Source: Nemertoderma westbladi (taxonomy: Eukaryota > Animalia > Xenacoelomorpha). From it: a DNA stretch of 49,821 nucleotides. The notes beneath the pieces are model-generated. The model was not told the origin of the DNA. It saw nothing but the letters and a program-made list of their open reading frames with translations, and made no database searches. Positions 1 through 11,300 of the stretch are shown piece after piece. Within the stretch, counting starts at the first letter, position 1; every line of letters begins with the position of its first letter. The stretch spans positions 1-49,821 of the forward strand of contig JAUCBJ010003596.1 of the NCBI GenBank assembly GCA_032718475.1, in the 5' to 3' direction. The position numbers and the translations under genes were made by a program.

Positions 1-352
1 TAAAGAGTAAAGACACCTATAAACTAAAAATAACAATTTTCCTATCGGCATTATTATTGAACGTTAACTTCTAAATTTACAACAATCAAAATTTAAACCT
101 CCCACCCAAGCCTCCTTTATTTTTATTGGATAATTTAATTATCCTACTATAATATAAGCTAGGCCTGCAAGGTGCAGTAATGGTTTGTTGATGGTTTTTC
201 TATGACAGTATGAGATAAGACTGAAGACAGATAATATAACTGTTGCTTAAAAGCAAAAAGCAACAAACTGACAAAGGGTTTAGGTTAACACTATCACTGC
301 TGCACTGTATCAGCAGTCAGCAGTAGGCAGATACAGAGATACTGAGATAACG

Positions 353-1705
353 ATGAGTGAACCGGATGACGACGGAGAAGAATACGAAGAGGAAATCGTG
401 GATGAACTTACGGGGGAGGCGCCGTTGAATATAAGCAAAACCAGTCCGGGGCCGTCTATCCTACCCAAATCGGTCACCTTAAAGATGTTAATCCGAGACG
501 GGATCCTGGACTCGGGGGACGGTGTTCTATCCATGGATTATCTCGGCACAAAGTTTATCGGGGACCTTCTCAGTTCCGGTAAGATACGATGTCCTCAGAC
601 AGAGGAGTTATTTAATTCTCCTTCATCCTTCTCTCTCTTCTGCAAACAGCAGGTGCACCCCTCGAAGAAGAGCGGCTGCGGTTGGGTTTGCGTTAAATAC
701 AAAGGGCAGCGACTCGACAGCTATAAAACCCTTTGGTACCGCCGTCATCGCCCGGAAGGCACGGTAATTCTGACCCACACCGACCCGAGTTTATCCGACT
801 CAGTTCCGACCGAACAGCCGAACCCTACGGAAACCCGATCGCGGGAGAACACCGGAACGCCGCAGAACCTTCCGCCCATAAAATCCGGTTGCAAAAAGTT
901 AAACTTCGAGGAAAACGTAGTGATGGAGTACCGCGATCTTCCTGTGGGTTCGAGAACGCTGGGATTGAATCCGCGCTCTATGATACTCCCGTCTAGCTAT
1001 CAGGATATCGGTAAATCGCAACCGTTCCTCGTGTCTGTCGCGCAGTCCGCTCTGCTAGTCATGGACCTGCACTGCCATCTCTCTATACGCGAAGTAACCG
1101 GATACCTAGGCGGCTATTGGGACCAGACCAGCCAACATCTCCTTATAGTCCGGGCGTTCCCCTGTAAACACCGCGAGGGTGACGCCCCTAGCGGCGTGGA
1201 GACCCAGATACAACAGTCTATGTCGTGGATGGGCCTTATCCCTGTCGGCTGGTACCACAGTCACCCTACCAGTTCCCCCTACCCGACGCTAAACGATATT
1301 GACTTCCAGATGGAGGTTCAGATCGAACTGGGTTCCAACTCGGATTCCTACATGCCCTGCGTCGCGTTCGTTGTGTCTCCCTCGTCTACGAACAGTCCGA
1401 AACCCTCGGGGATCCAATGCTACACGGTGTGCGCCTCGGAACCCAGACTGGAGGACTTCCCCCAGCCCATGGACGTGCAGTACACCACCCACCCGGACCC
1501 CTTCCTCACCCAGGACGTTATCAACGAGATATTCCTTGTCATCGAGTTCTATAAGACTTCCTTGTTGCGTCTCGGCCCCTCCAGCGAGTCGTGGTATAAA
1601 GACGTTTACCTCGGTAAGCTGAGGGGATCCATAGAGAAACGGCTGCCCAAAGACGGAATGGAGGCAAAGATGATAAACTACATAGACAGTTTGATTGCTC
1701 CTTAA
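353..1705 (+). CDS. MPND: MPN domain-containing protein (N-terminal RAMA domain, C-terminal MPN/JAMM domain), single exon, 450 aa
   Basis: RAMA-like segment VTLKMLIRDGILDSGDGVLSMDYLG...FNSPS...KKSGCGWVCVKYKG; MPN segment LVMDLHCHL..EVTGYLGG and JAMM motif GWYHSHP...PTLND; uninterrupted ORF, GC-richer than its flanks. Confidence 0.93.
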   Translation: MSEPDDDGEEYEEEIVDELTGEAPLNISKTSPGPSILPKSVTLKMLIRDGILDSGDGVLSMDYLGTKFIGDLLSSGKIRCPQTEELFNSPSSFSLFCKQQVHPSKKSGCGWVCVKYKGQRLDSYKTLWYRRHRPEGTVILTHTDPSLSDSVPTEQPNPTETRSRENTGTPQNLPPIKSGCKKLNFEENVVMEYRDLPVGSRTLGLNPRSMILPSSYQDIGKSQPFLVSVAQSALLVMDLHCHLSIREVTGYLGGYWDQTSQHLLIVRAFPCKHREGDAPSGVETQIQQSMSWMGLIPVGWYHSHPTSSPYPTLNDIDFQMEVQIELGSNSDSYMPCVAFVVSPSSTNSPKPSGIQCYTVCASEPRLEDFPQPMDVQYTTHPDPFLTQDVINEIFLVIEFYKTSLLRLGPSSESWYKDVYLGKLRGSIEKRLPKDGMEAKMINYIDSLIAP

Positions 1706-2735
1706 TTTATTTACTTATTGTATTTGGTGTTATATAAAATATAATATATCAATAGGAAATCAAACAGTGGCGAGCTGTTCTAACCAAAACAATAAACGAA
1801 CGTCAATAGTACAGGTAATAGTTTCATTTTTGTTTATAACAACCGTTGTCGGCTGTTATTGTCGGCTGTCGGCTGTTATTGTTGGCTGTCGGCGTAACTT
1901 TACTTACCATGCTCAGTAGTCAGTAGCATAAATTCGATTTCAACATTATTTATCTTTGATGGGTATTTTTTATTATTTTATTTATTGTGATTGTCACCAT
2001 GTTTATTTTTCATTAGGTTCGCCATTTTTTTTAAAACCATTATAAACCATTAACGATTAAATCTTTTTGTTGCTAAATACGTTATTCCAGGCCTAACAGC
2101 CGAATACAATTGCACGATCCTTCGCACTAAATATTTTTAGTTGCGTTTGCTAAATATTTAGGTTTATCTTCCATAAACTCCTAACCCTAAAACAATATGA
2201 AGCTCTACCCCTAGCTAAGAACCTAAATTTGGTTACATACCCGAATTGATGTGCAATTTATTATTATACGTCTGATTGATATTACGAGTCTCTTGTTATT
2301 TATACATTGTAAGTATAACAATGAATGCCATCCATGTTTGATGTTTTACATTGATTGTGGGGCGAGCCACGAAGTATGTGAGACTTTAGGTATAGACCTA
2401 TAATTAGTGGACCGAATGTCGACATCGTTGGATATGTTGGAACGAAACCAAACTTGGTACACATGTAGTTTATAAAAAGTTTAGAAATTCTACACACAGA
2501 CAGACTTCAATAGTTTATGTGTCGGCCGCTAGGGGGCGAATTGTCCGACACCTCGAAGTATCTACATTCTAGAACCAACCATGACTTCGTACTGCGCGAG
2601 GCCCCATGAACATGTAACAATATAAATAATTTTTGAAAAAGATTCCATAATAACCCAAACTTATTTGTTTATTTGTTTACAAGAATCAGTATTATTTATT
2701 ACTAATATGATGTGCATTGTAGGTCTGGAACAGAT

Positions 2736-3107
2736 ACGATACAGTGCAACACTCAAACACGATACAGTGCAACACTCAAACACGATACAGTGCAACACTC
2801 AAACACGATACAGTGCAACACTCAAACACGATACAGTGCAACACTCAAACACGATACAGTGCAACACTCAAACACGATATAGTGCAACACTCAAACACGA
2901 TACAGTGCAACACTCAAACACGATACAGTGCAACACTCAAACACGATACAGTGCAACACTCAAACACGATACAGTGCAACACTCAAACACGATACAGTGC
3001 AACACTCAAACACGATACAGTGCAACACTCAAACACGATACAGTGCAACACTCAAACACGATACAGTGCAACACTCAAACACGATACAGTGCAACACTCA
3101 AACACGA
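2736..3107. repeat. Minisatellite, 23-bp unit GATACAGTGCAACACTCAAACAC, ~16 copies
   Basis: Directly visible period of 23 (e.g. 2761 to 2784); one C>T variant near 2880. Confidence 0.97.
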
Positions 3108-3549
3108 TTATTTTCAGCAAATTAAAGAATAATAAATTAATAATTGTATTTATCATTAATATATGGCACATATAAAGTACAAGAATAACATTAAAGTACA
3201 CGCACTCCTACGAAATAAGATACAATTACAATTAAATATAAAATAAAAAATATGGAGACTGACATTCCTGTTTAAAGAGGGGCAGACAAACTAAATTCCG
3301 CCAAAAATATAATCACAGACTACGACAACCTCTACAATGGGAAGTTTTAATAAAGTTGCGTACTTCGAGCTTCGTAGTCGTTGTAAACCAGTGCCGTCAA
3401 ACTTGAATAAAACATTTCATACTCTATCAGTACACTGTATGTAAAGTAAAGTACCGAAAATCTAAAAACCGAAAAATAGATCTCTATAAAAATATTAATG
3501 GAAAAGATAAAGTTACAGCGGGTTTTTTTAAACCAAAAATTCCCTCTAG

Positions 3550-3760
3550 AGGTTACTTTTTTTACTTTAGGATACTTTTTGAGTAACTTTTTTAACTCTA
3601 GGTTACTTTTTTACTTTAGGTTCTTTATGAGTTACTTTTTTTACTCTAGGTTTTTTTTTTTACTTTAGGTTACTTTTTGAGATACTTTTTTACTCTAGGT
3701 TACTTTTTTTACTTTAGGTTACTTTTTGAGATACTTTTTTTACTCTAGGTTACTTTTAAT
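3550..3760. repeat. Degenerate T-rich tandem repeat (GGTTAC-Tn-ACTTTAGG / GAGATAC-Tn-ACTCTA modules)
   Basis: Recurring ctctaggttactttttt/actttaggtt motifs with variable T runs. Confidence 0.75.
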
Positions 3761-3994
3761 TTTTACCTTCGGGTTTGGCTTTCGGCATAATGTAGATTGA
3801 CACGTTATTTTACGGTGGCTTTGAGGCCAAAGTTTGCGGGAAATAAAATTTATACACAGTACAATTATGGTGTCTGTTATTAGTTTCCATACTCAGGTAG
3901 ACTAAGTAGAAGTCGTCTCAATGTGTTGAGTATTAACTAGACGGTCTGGTCAACGTCTCTCTCCTGCGAGGCAGCAGCCGATGGCCGTGGTTGT

Positions 3995-4133
3995 CTATAA
4001 TTTAGAATACAAGACTTTGTCTTTGTAAATGACGTAGATAAGGAATAACATCACAACAATCCCAGCAGTCAGAATCATTCCGCCGAAGAAACTAGCAGCA
4101 CTGAATGATGATTCGGTTGCTGACTCATCTGTC
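3995..4133 (-). CDS. CD164: CD164/porimin (endolyn, MGC-24) family membrane protein, exon 2: TM helix and short tail
   Basis: TDESATESSFSAASFFGGMILTAGIVVMLFLIYVIYKDKVLYSKL* resembles the family FDAASFIGG motif, followed by a TM helix and a terminal YxxL sorting signal. Acceptor tttatgtttAG|G at 4135-4134; phase matches exon 1. Confidence 0.82.
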
Positions 4134-4134
4134 C

Positions 4135-6969
4135 TAAACATAAAGCAACGATTAGGTTGTAATACAATATGTTCTGGGTAAACATAAAGCAACGATTAGG
4201 TTGTAATACAATATGTTCTGGGTAAACATAAAGCAACGATTAGGTTGTAATACAATGTGTTCTGGGTAAACATAAAACAACGATTAGGTTGTAATACAAT
4301 GTGTTCTGGGTAAACATAAAGCAACGATTAGGTTGTAATACCATATGTTCTGGGTAAACATAAAGCAACGATTAGGTTGTAATACAATATGTTCTGGGTA
4401 AACATAAAGCAACGATTAGGTTGTAATACAATGTGTTCTGGGTAAACATAAAGTAACGAATAGGTTGTAATACAATGTGTTCTGGGAAAACATAAAGCAA
4501 CGATTAGGTTGTAATACAATGTGTTCTGGGTAAACATAAAACAACGATTAGGTTGTAATACAATGTGTTCTGGGTAAACATAAAGCAACAATTAGGTTGT
4601 AATACAATGTGTTCTGGGTAAACATAAAGTAACGAATAGGTTGTAATACAATGTGTTCTGGGTAAACATAAAACAACGATTAGGTTGTAATACAATGTGT
4701 TCTGGGTAAACATAAAGCAACGATTAGGTTGTAACACAATATGTTCTGGGTAAACATAAAGCAACGATTAGGTTGTAATACAATATGTTCTGGGTAAACA
4801 TATAGCAACGATTAGGTTGTAATACAATGTGTTCTGGGTAAACATAAAACAAGGATTAGGTTGTAATACAATGTGTTCTGGGTAAACATAAAGCAACGAT
4901 TAGGTTGCAATACAATATGTTCTGGGTAAACATAAAGCAACGATTAGGTTGTAATACAATATGTTCTGGGTAAACATAAAACAAGGATTAGGTTGTAATA
5001 CAATGTGTTCTGGGTAAACATAAAGTAACGATTAGGTTGTAATACAATGTGTTCTGGGTAAACATAAAGCAACGATTAGGTTGTAATACAATGTGTTCTG
5101 GGTAAACATAAAGCAACGATTAGGTTGTAATACAATGTGTTCTGGGTAAACATAAAGCAACGATTAGGTTGCAATACAATGTGTTTTGGGTAAACATAAA
5201 GTAACAATTAGGTTGTAATACAATGTGTTCTGGGTAAACATAAAGTAACGAATAGGTTGTAATACAATGTGTTCTGGGTAAACATAAAACAACGATTAGG
5301 TTGTAATACAATGTGTTCTGGGTAAACATAAAGCAACGATTAGGTTGTAATACAATGTGTTCTGGGTAAACATAAAGTAACGAATAGGTTGTAATACAAT
5401 GTGTTCGGGGAAAACATAAAGCAACGATTAGGTTGTAATACAATGTGTTCTGGGTAAACATAAAGCAACGATTAGGTTGTAATACAATGTGTTCTGGGTA
5501 AACATAAAGCAACGATTAGGTTGTAATACAATATGTTCTGGGTAAACATAAAGTAACGAATAGGTTGTAATACAATGTGTTCTGGGAAAACATAAAGCAA
5601 CGATTAGGTTGTAATACAATGTGTTCTGGGTAAACATAAAGCAACGATTAGGTTGCAATACAATATGTTCTGGGTAAACATAAAGCAACGATTAGGTTGT
5701 AATACAATATGTTCTGGGTAAACATAAAACAAGGATTAGGTTGTAATACAATGTGTTCTGGGTAAACATAAAGTAACGATTAGGTTGTAATACAATGTGT
5801 TCTGGGTAAACATAAAGCAACGATTAGGTTGTCATACAATATGTTCTGGGTAAATATAAAGCAACGATTAGGTTGTAATACAATGTGTTCTGGGTAAACA
5901 TAAAGCAACGATTAGGTTGTAATACAATGTGTTCTGGGTAAACATAAAGCAACGATTAGGTTGTAATACAATATGTTCTGGGTAAACATAAAGTAACGAA
6001 TAGGTTGTAATACAATGTGTTCTGGGAAAACATAAAGCAACGATTAGGTTGTAATACAATGTGTTCTGGGTAAACATAAAGTTACGACTAGGTTGTAATA
6101 CAATGTGTTCTGGGAAAACATAAAGCAACGATTAGGTTGTAATACAATGTGTTCTGGGTAAACATAAAGCAACGATTAGGTTGTAATACAATGTGTTCTG
6201 GGTAAACATAAAGCAACGATTAGGTTGTAATACAATGTGTTCTGGGTAAACATAAAGCAACGATTAGGTTGTAATACAATGTGTTATGGGTAAACATAAA
6301 ACAAGGATTAGGTTGTAATACAATGTGTTCTGGGTAAACATAAAGCAACGATTAGGTTGTAATACAATGTGTTCTGGGTAAACATAAAGCAACGATTAGG
6401 TTGTAATACAATGTGTTCTGGGTAAACATAAAGCAACGATTAGGTTGTAATACAATGTGTTCTGGGTAAACATAAAGCAACGATTAGGTTGTAATACAAT
6501 GTGTTCTGTGTAAACATAAAGCAACGATTAGGTTGTAATACAATGTGTTCTGGGTAAACATAAAGCAACGATTAGGTTGTAATACAATGTGTTCTGGGTA
6601 AACATAAAACAAGGATTAGGTTGTAATACAATGTGTTCTGGGTAAACATAAAGCAACGATTAGGTTGTAATACAATGTGTTCTAGGTAAACATAAAGCAA
6701 CGATTAGGTTGTAATACAATGCGTTCTGGGTAAACATAAAGCAACGATTAGGTTGTAATACAATGTGTTCTGGGTAAACATAAAGCAACAATTAGGTTGT
6801 AATACAATGTGTTCTGGGTAAACATAAAGCAACGATTAGGTTGTAATACAATGTGTTCTGGGTAAACATAAAGCAACGATTAGGTTGTAATACAATGTGT
6901 TCTGGGTAAACATAAAACAGCGATTAGGTTGTAATACAATGTGTTCTGGGTAAACATAAAGCAACGATT
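4135..6969. repeat. Intronic satellite, 44-bp unit TAAACATAAAGCAACGATTAGGTTGTAATACAATGTGTTCTGGG, ~64 copies
   Basis: Directly visible tandem array with scattered point variants; lies within intron 4134-7502. Confidence 0.98.
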
Positions 6970-7144
6970 CCTATTGCATGAAGGCCTACAGTAGCTAATG
7001 ATGAATGGGTACTGTTGTTGTGTACAGTAGATACACCGAGTGGTGTAGGCCTATAATCAGTAGTTACACCAATGAACGTAGTGAGTGAGTGAAAATTGGC
7101 GTACCGTATATATATATTTTGTATATATTTTTATAATTTTAATG

Positions 7145-7480
7145 GATTTAATTTCGCTCTACCAAGTCGCCAGGGCGACATATTTTCTTATTATATATCG
7201 CTGTGCGACATTATTTTTCAGTAAGTCCCTACGCCATACATTTACTATGTAGTGTATGTCCAGTATGTCACTGCGTCATTATTAGGTTGTTCTAGAAAGT
7301 TTAAGTGCATAACTACAAATAAATCCCCACAAATAAATAAAATTAGATTCGCCATTGTTCATAATTAGCACTTTAAAGCTTTTACGGCCCTCGTTCTATT
7401 ATTTCCCTCGCTGTCGCTTGGGAAACAAAATCACTCGTGCCGTAACGCTATAAAGTGCTATTTTATGAACAATGACGTAT
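7145..7480. mobile_element. Short interspersed repeat / MITE-like element, copy 1, with internal inverted repeats
   Basis: Blocks such as ccccacaaataaataaaattagattcgccattgttcataattagcacttta and gccagggcgacatattttct recur inverted at 40905-41460. Internal inverted repeat cattgttcataattagcacttta / taaagtgctattttatgaacaatg. Confidence 0.7.
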
Positions 7481-7502
7481 ATACAGTAGTTATTTGGCTT
7501 AC

Positions 7503-7783
7503 TTAGTATTTTCATCATCGGGATTGAGATTCTCACAGGAATCGTTGTTGACCACCTCGGACTCTCCGCAGTCTATTCCTTCCGATACGTAGGCGCATTT
7601 ACCGAGACCTATAACTCCCTGACAAACCAGCCAATGGCAATCCGTGTTAAACTCCCTACACGCCGTGCAATTAGCGAACTTGGGACAACTGTCGCTTACA
7701 TCCATTTCCTTTGTGGTATCGCCGCAAACGTGTGCAACAAAAGTAAGAAATATTACTGACGCTAATAGTCTTATTATATCCAT
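7503..7783 (-). CDS. CD164: CD164/porimin family protein, exon 1: signal peptide and Cys-rich (PSI-like) domain
   Basis: MDIIRLLASVIFLTFVAHVCG signal peptide; C.....C..C.....C.W..C pattern; donor AA|GTAAGC at 7503/7502. Joining to 4133 gives AA|G = Lys in frame, 139 aa in total. Confidence 0.82.
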
Positions 7784-8311
7784 TGTGTTTAATAATGTAT
7801 AAAAATATAATTTACCACCCATGTACTGCAGGCCTACAGTAACCAGTACCAGTAGCTTTTAACAGCAGGCTTACGCCTACATTATTTATTGCTATTTATG
7901 GCAACTCATGTGGGTACTGTATTTCCCTGCGTGAGGCAAAAATTAGCGACTAATCCTCTAACCATCAATCATAACGAGGGGTCAGATTCTCATAGTCGAG
8001 TTTGGCCTCCCCTGGGGGTCGTTAGGGGAGATCATCACATAGCCTTTATCACTTTACTATTGCAAAACAACAATAATTAAATTAAGTTGTAATTGATATT
8101 GTACATCCACATACTGTACATGTACATCCATATTTGGCTATCGTATCAATCGTATTAAACGTATCAATGGTATGCGTTGTCCCAGTTACAGCTGACTAAG
8201 TTTATAGAGTTGTGTCAAATACATTTCCTTTCAATTTCTTTCCTGTGTCTATGGAGATAGTCAACATTCAAGAAAGTTTACTCAACCCATTTCCACTGCC
8301 ACAACATAGAA

Positions 8312-11300
8312 AGTGAAATGTAGTGCCCTTCAGGATTGCACCCGCCCAGTGTAGTATAGTGAAATGTAGTGCCCTTCAGGATTGCACCCTCCCAGTGTAG
8401 TATAGTGAAATGTAGTGCCCTTCAGGATTGCACCCGTCCAGTGTAGTATAGTGAAATGTAGTGCCCTTCAGGATTGCATCCGTCCAGTGTAGTATAGTGC
8501 CCTTCAGGATTGCACCCGTCCAGTGTAGTATAGTGCCCTTCAGGATTGCACCCGTCCAGTGTAGTATAGTGAAATGTAGTGCCCTTCAGGATTGCACCCG
8601 TCCAGTGTAGTATAGTGCCCTTCAGGATTGCACCTGTCCAGTGTAGTATAGTGAAATGTAGTGCCCTTCAGGATTGCACACGTCCAGTGTAGTATAGTGA
8701 AATGTAGTGCCCTTCAGGATTGCACCCGTCCAGTGTAGTATAGTGCCCTTCAGGATTGCAGCCTCCCAGTGTAGTATAGTGAAATGTAGTGCCCTTCATG
8801 ATTGCACCCTCCCAGTGTAGTATAGTGAAATGTAGTGCCCTTCAGGATTGCACCCGTCCAGTGTAGTATAGTGCCCTTCAGGATTGCACCTGTCCAGTGT
8901 AGTATAGTGAAATGTAGTGCCCTTCAGGATTGCATCCGTCCAGTGTAGTATAGTGAAATGTAGTGCCCTTCAGGATTGCACCCGTCCAGTGTAGTATAGT
9001 GCCCTTCAGGATTGCAGCCTCCCAGTGTAGTATAGTGAAATGTAGTGCCCTTCATGATTGCATCCGTCCAGTGTAGTATAGTGAAATGTAGTGCCCTTCA
9101 GGATTGCACCCGTCCAGTGTAGTATAGTGAAATGTAGTGCCCTTCAGGATTGCATCCGTCCAGTGTAGTATAGTGCCCTTCAGGATTGCACCCGTCCAGT
9201 GTAGTATAGTGCCCTTCAGGATTGCACCCGTCCAGTGTAGTATAGTGAAATGTAGTGCCCTTCAGGATTGCACCCGTCCAGTGTAGTATAGTGCCCTTCA
9301 GGATTGCACCCGTCCAGTGTAGTATAGTGCCCTTCAGGATTGCACCCGTCCAGTGTAGTATAGTGAAATGTAGTGCCCTTCAGGATTGCACCCGTCCAGT
9401 GTAGTATAGTGCCCTTCAGGATTGCACCCGTCCAGTGTAGTATAGTGAAATGTAGTGCCCTTCAGGATTGCACCCGTCCAGTGTAGTATAGTGCCCTTCA
9501 GGATTGCACCTGTCCAGTGTAGTATAGTGAAATGTAGTGCCCTTCAGGATTGCACCCGTCCAGTGTAGTATAGTGCCCTTCAGGATTGCACCCGTCCAGT
9601 GTAGTATAGTGCCCTTCAGGATTGCACCCGTCCAGTGTAGTATAGTGAAATGTAGTGCCCTTCAGGATTGCACCCGTCCAGTGTAGTATAGTGCCCTTCA
9701 GGATTGCACCTGTCCAGTGTAGTATAGTGAAATGTAGTGCCCTTCAGGATTGCACCCGTCCAGTGTAGTATAGTGCCCTTCAGGATTGCAGCCTCCCAGT
9801 GTAGTATAGTGAAATGTAGTGCCCTTCAGGATTGCATCCGTCCAGTGTAGTATAGTGCCCTTCAGGATTGCACCCGTCCAGTGTAGTATAGTGCCCTTCA
9901 GGATTGCACCCGTCCAGTGTAGTATAGTGAAATGTAGTGCCCTTCAGGATTGCACCCGTCCAGTGTAGTATAGTGCCCTTCAGGATTGCACCCGTCCAGT
10001 GTAGTATAGTGAAATGTAGTGCCCTTCAGGATTGCACCCGTCCAGTGTAGTATTGTGCCCTTCAGGATTGCACCTGTCCAGTGTAGTATAGTGAAATGTA
10101 GTGCCCTTCAGGATTGCACCCGTCCAGTGTAGTATAGTGCCCTTCAGGATTGCAGCCTCCCAGTGTAGTATAGTGAAATGTAGTGCCCTTCAGGATTGCA
10201 TCCGTCCAGTGTAGTATAGTGAAATGTAGTGCCCTTCAGGATTGCACCCGTCCAGTGTAGTATAGTGAAATGTAATGCCCTTCAGGATTGCATCCGTCCA
10301 GTGTAGTATAGTGCCCTTCAGGATTGCACCCGTCCAGTGTAGTATAGTGCCCTTCAGGATTGCACCCGTCCAGTGTAGTATAGTGAAATGTAGTGCCCTT
10401 CAGGATTGCACCCGTCCAGTGTAGTATAATGCCCTTCAGGATTGCACCCGCCCAGTGTAGTATAGTGAAATGTAGTGCCCTTCAGGATTGCACCCGTCCA
10501 GTGTAGTATAGTGCCCTTCAGGATTGCACCCGCCCAGTGTAGTATAGTGAAATGTAGTGCCCTTCAGGATTGCACCCGTCCAGTGTAGTATACTGAAATG
10601 TAGTGCCCTTCAGGATTGCACCCTCCCAGTGTAGTATAGTGCCCTTCAGGATTGCACCCTCCCAGTGTAGTATACTGAAATGTAGTGCTCTTCAGGATTG
10701 CATCCGCCTAGTGTAGTATAGTGCCCTTCAGGATTGCACCCGCCCAGTGTAGTATAGTGAAATGTAGTGCCCTTCAGGATTGCACCCGCCCAGTGTAGTA
10801 TAGTGCCCTTCAGGATTGCACCCGCCCAGTGTAGTATAGTGCCCTTCAGGATTGCACCCGTCCAGTGTAGTATAGTTAAATGTAGTGCCCTTCAGGATTG
10901 CACCCGCCCAGTGTAGTATAGTGCCCTTCAGGATTGCACCCTCCCAGTGTAGTATACTGAAATGTAGTGCTCTTCAGGATTGCATCCGCCTAGTGTAGTA
11001 TAGTGCCCTTCAGGATTGCACCCGCCCAGTGTAGTATAGTGAAATGTAGTGCCCTTCAGGATTGCACCCGCCCAGTGTAGTATAGTGCCCTTCAGGATTG
11101 CACCCGTCCAGTGTAGTATAGTGAAATGTAGTGCCCTTCAGGATTGCACCCGCCCAGTGTAGTATAGTGCCCTTCAGGATTGCACCCGTCCAGTGTAGTA
11201 TAGTGAAATGTAGTGCCCTTCAGGATTGCACCCGCCCAGTGTAGTATAGTGCCCTTCAGGATTGCACCCGCCCAGTGTAGTATAGTGCCCTTCAGGATTG

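Noticed and set aside
2526-2539. CTCF-like motif CCGCTAGGGGGCGA
   Set aside because: A single short match with no supporting evidence.
2665-3175. ORFs of 65-155 aa across the 23-bp repeat
   Set aside because: Translations of a stop-free minisatellite in all three frames.
4328-6128. Several minus-strand ORFs (YPEHIVLQPNRCF...)
   Set aside because: Artefacts of the 44-bp intronic satellite.
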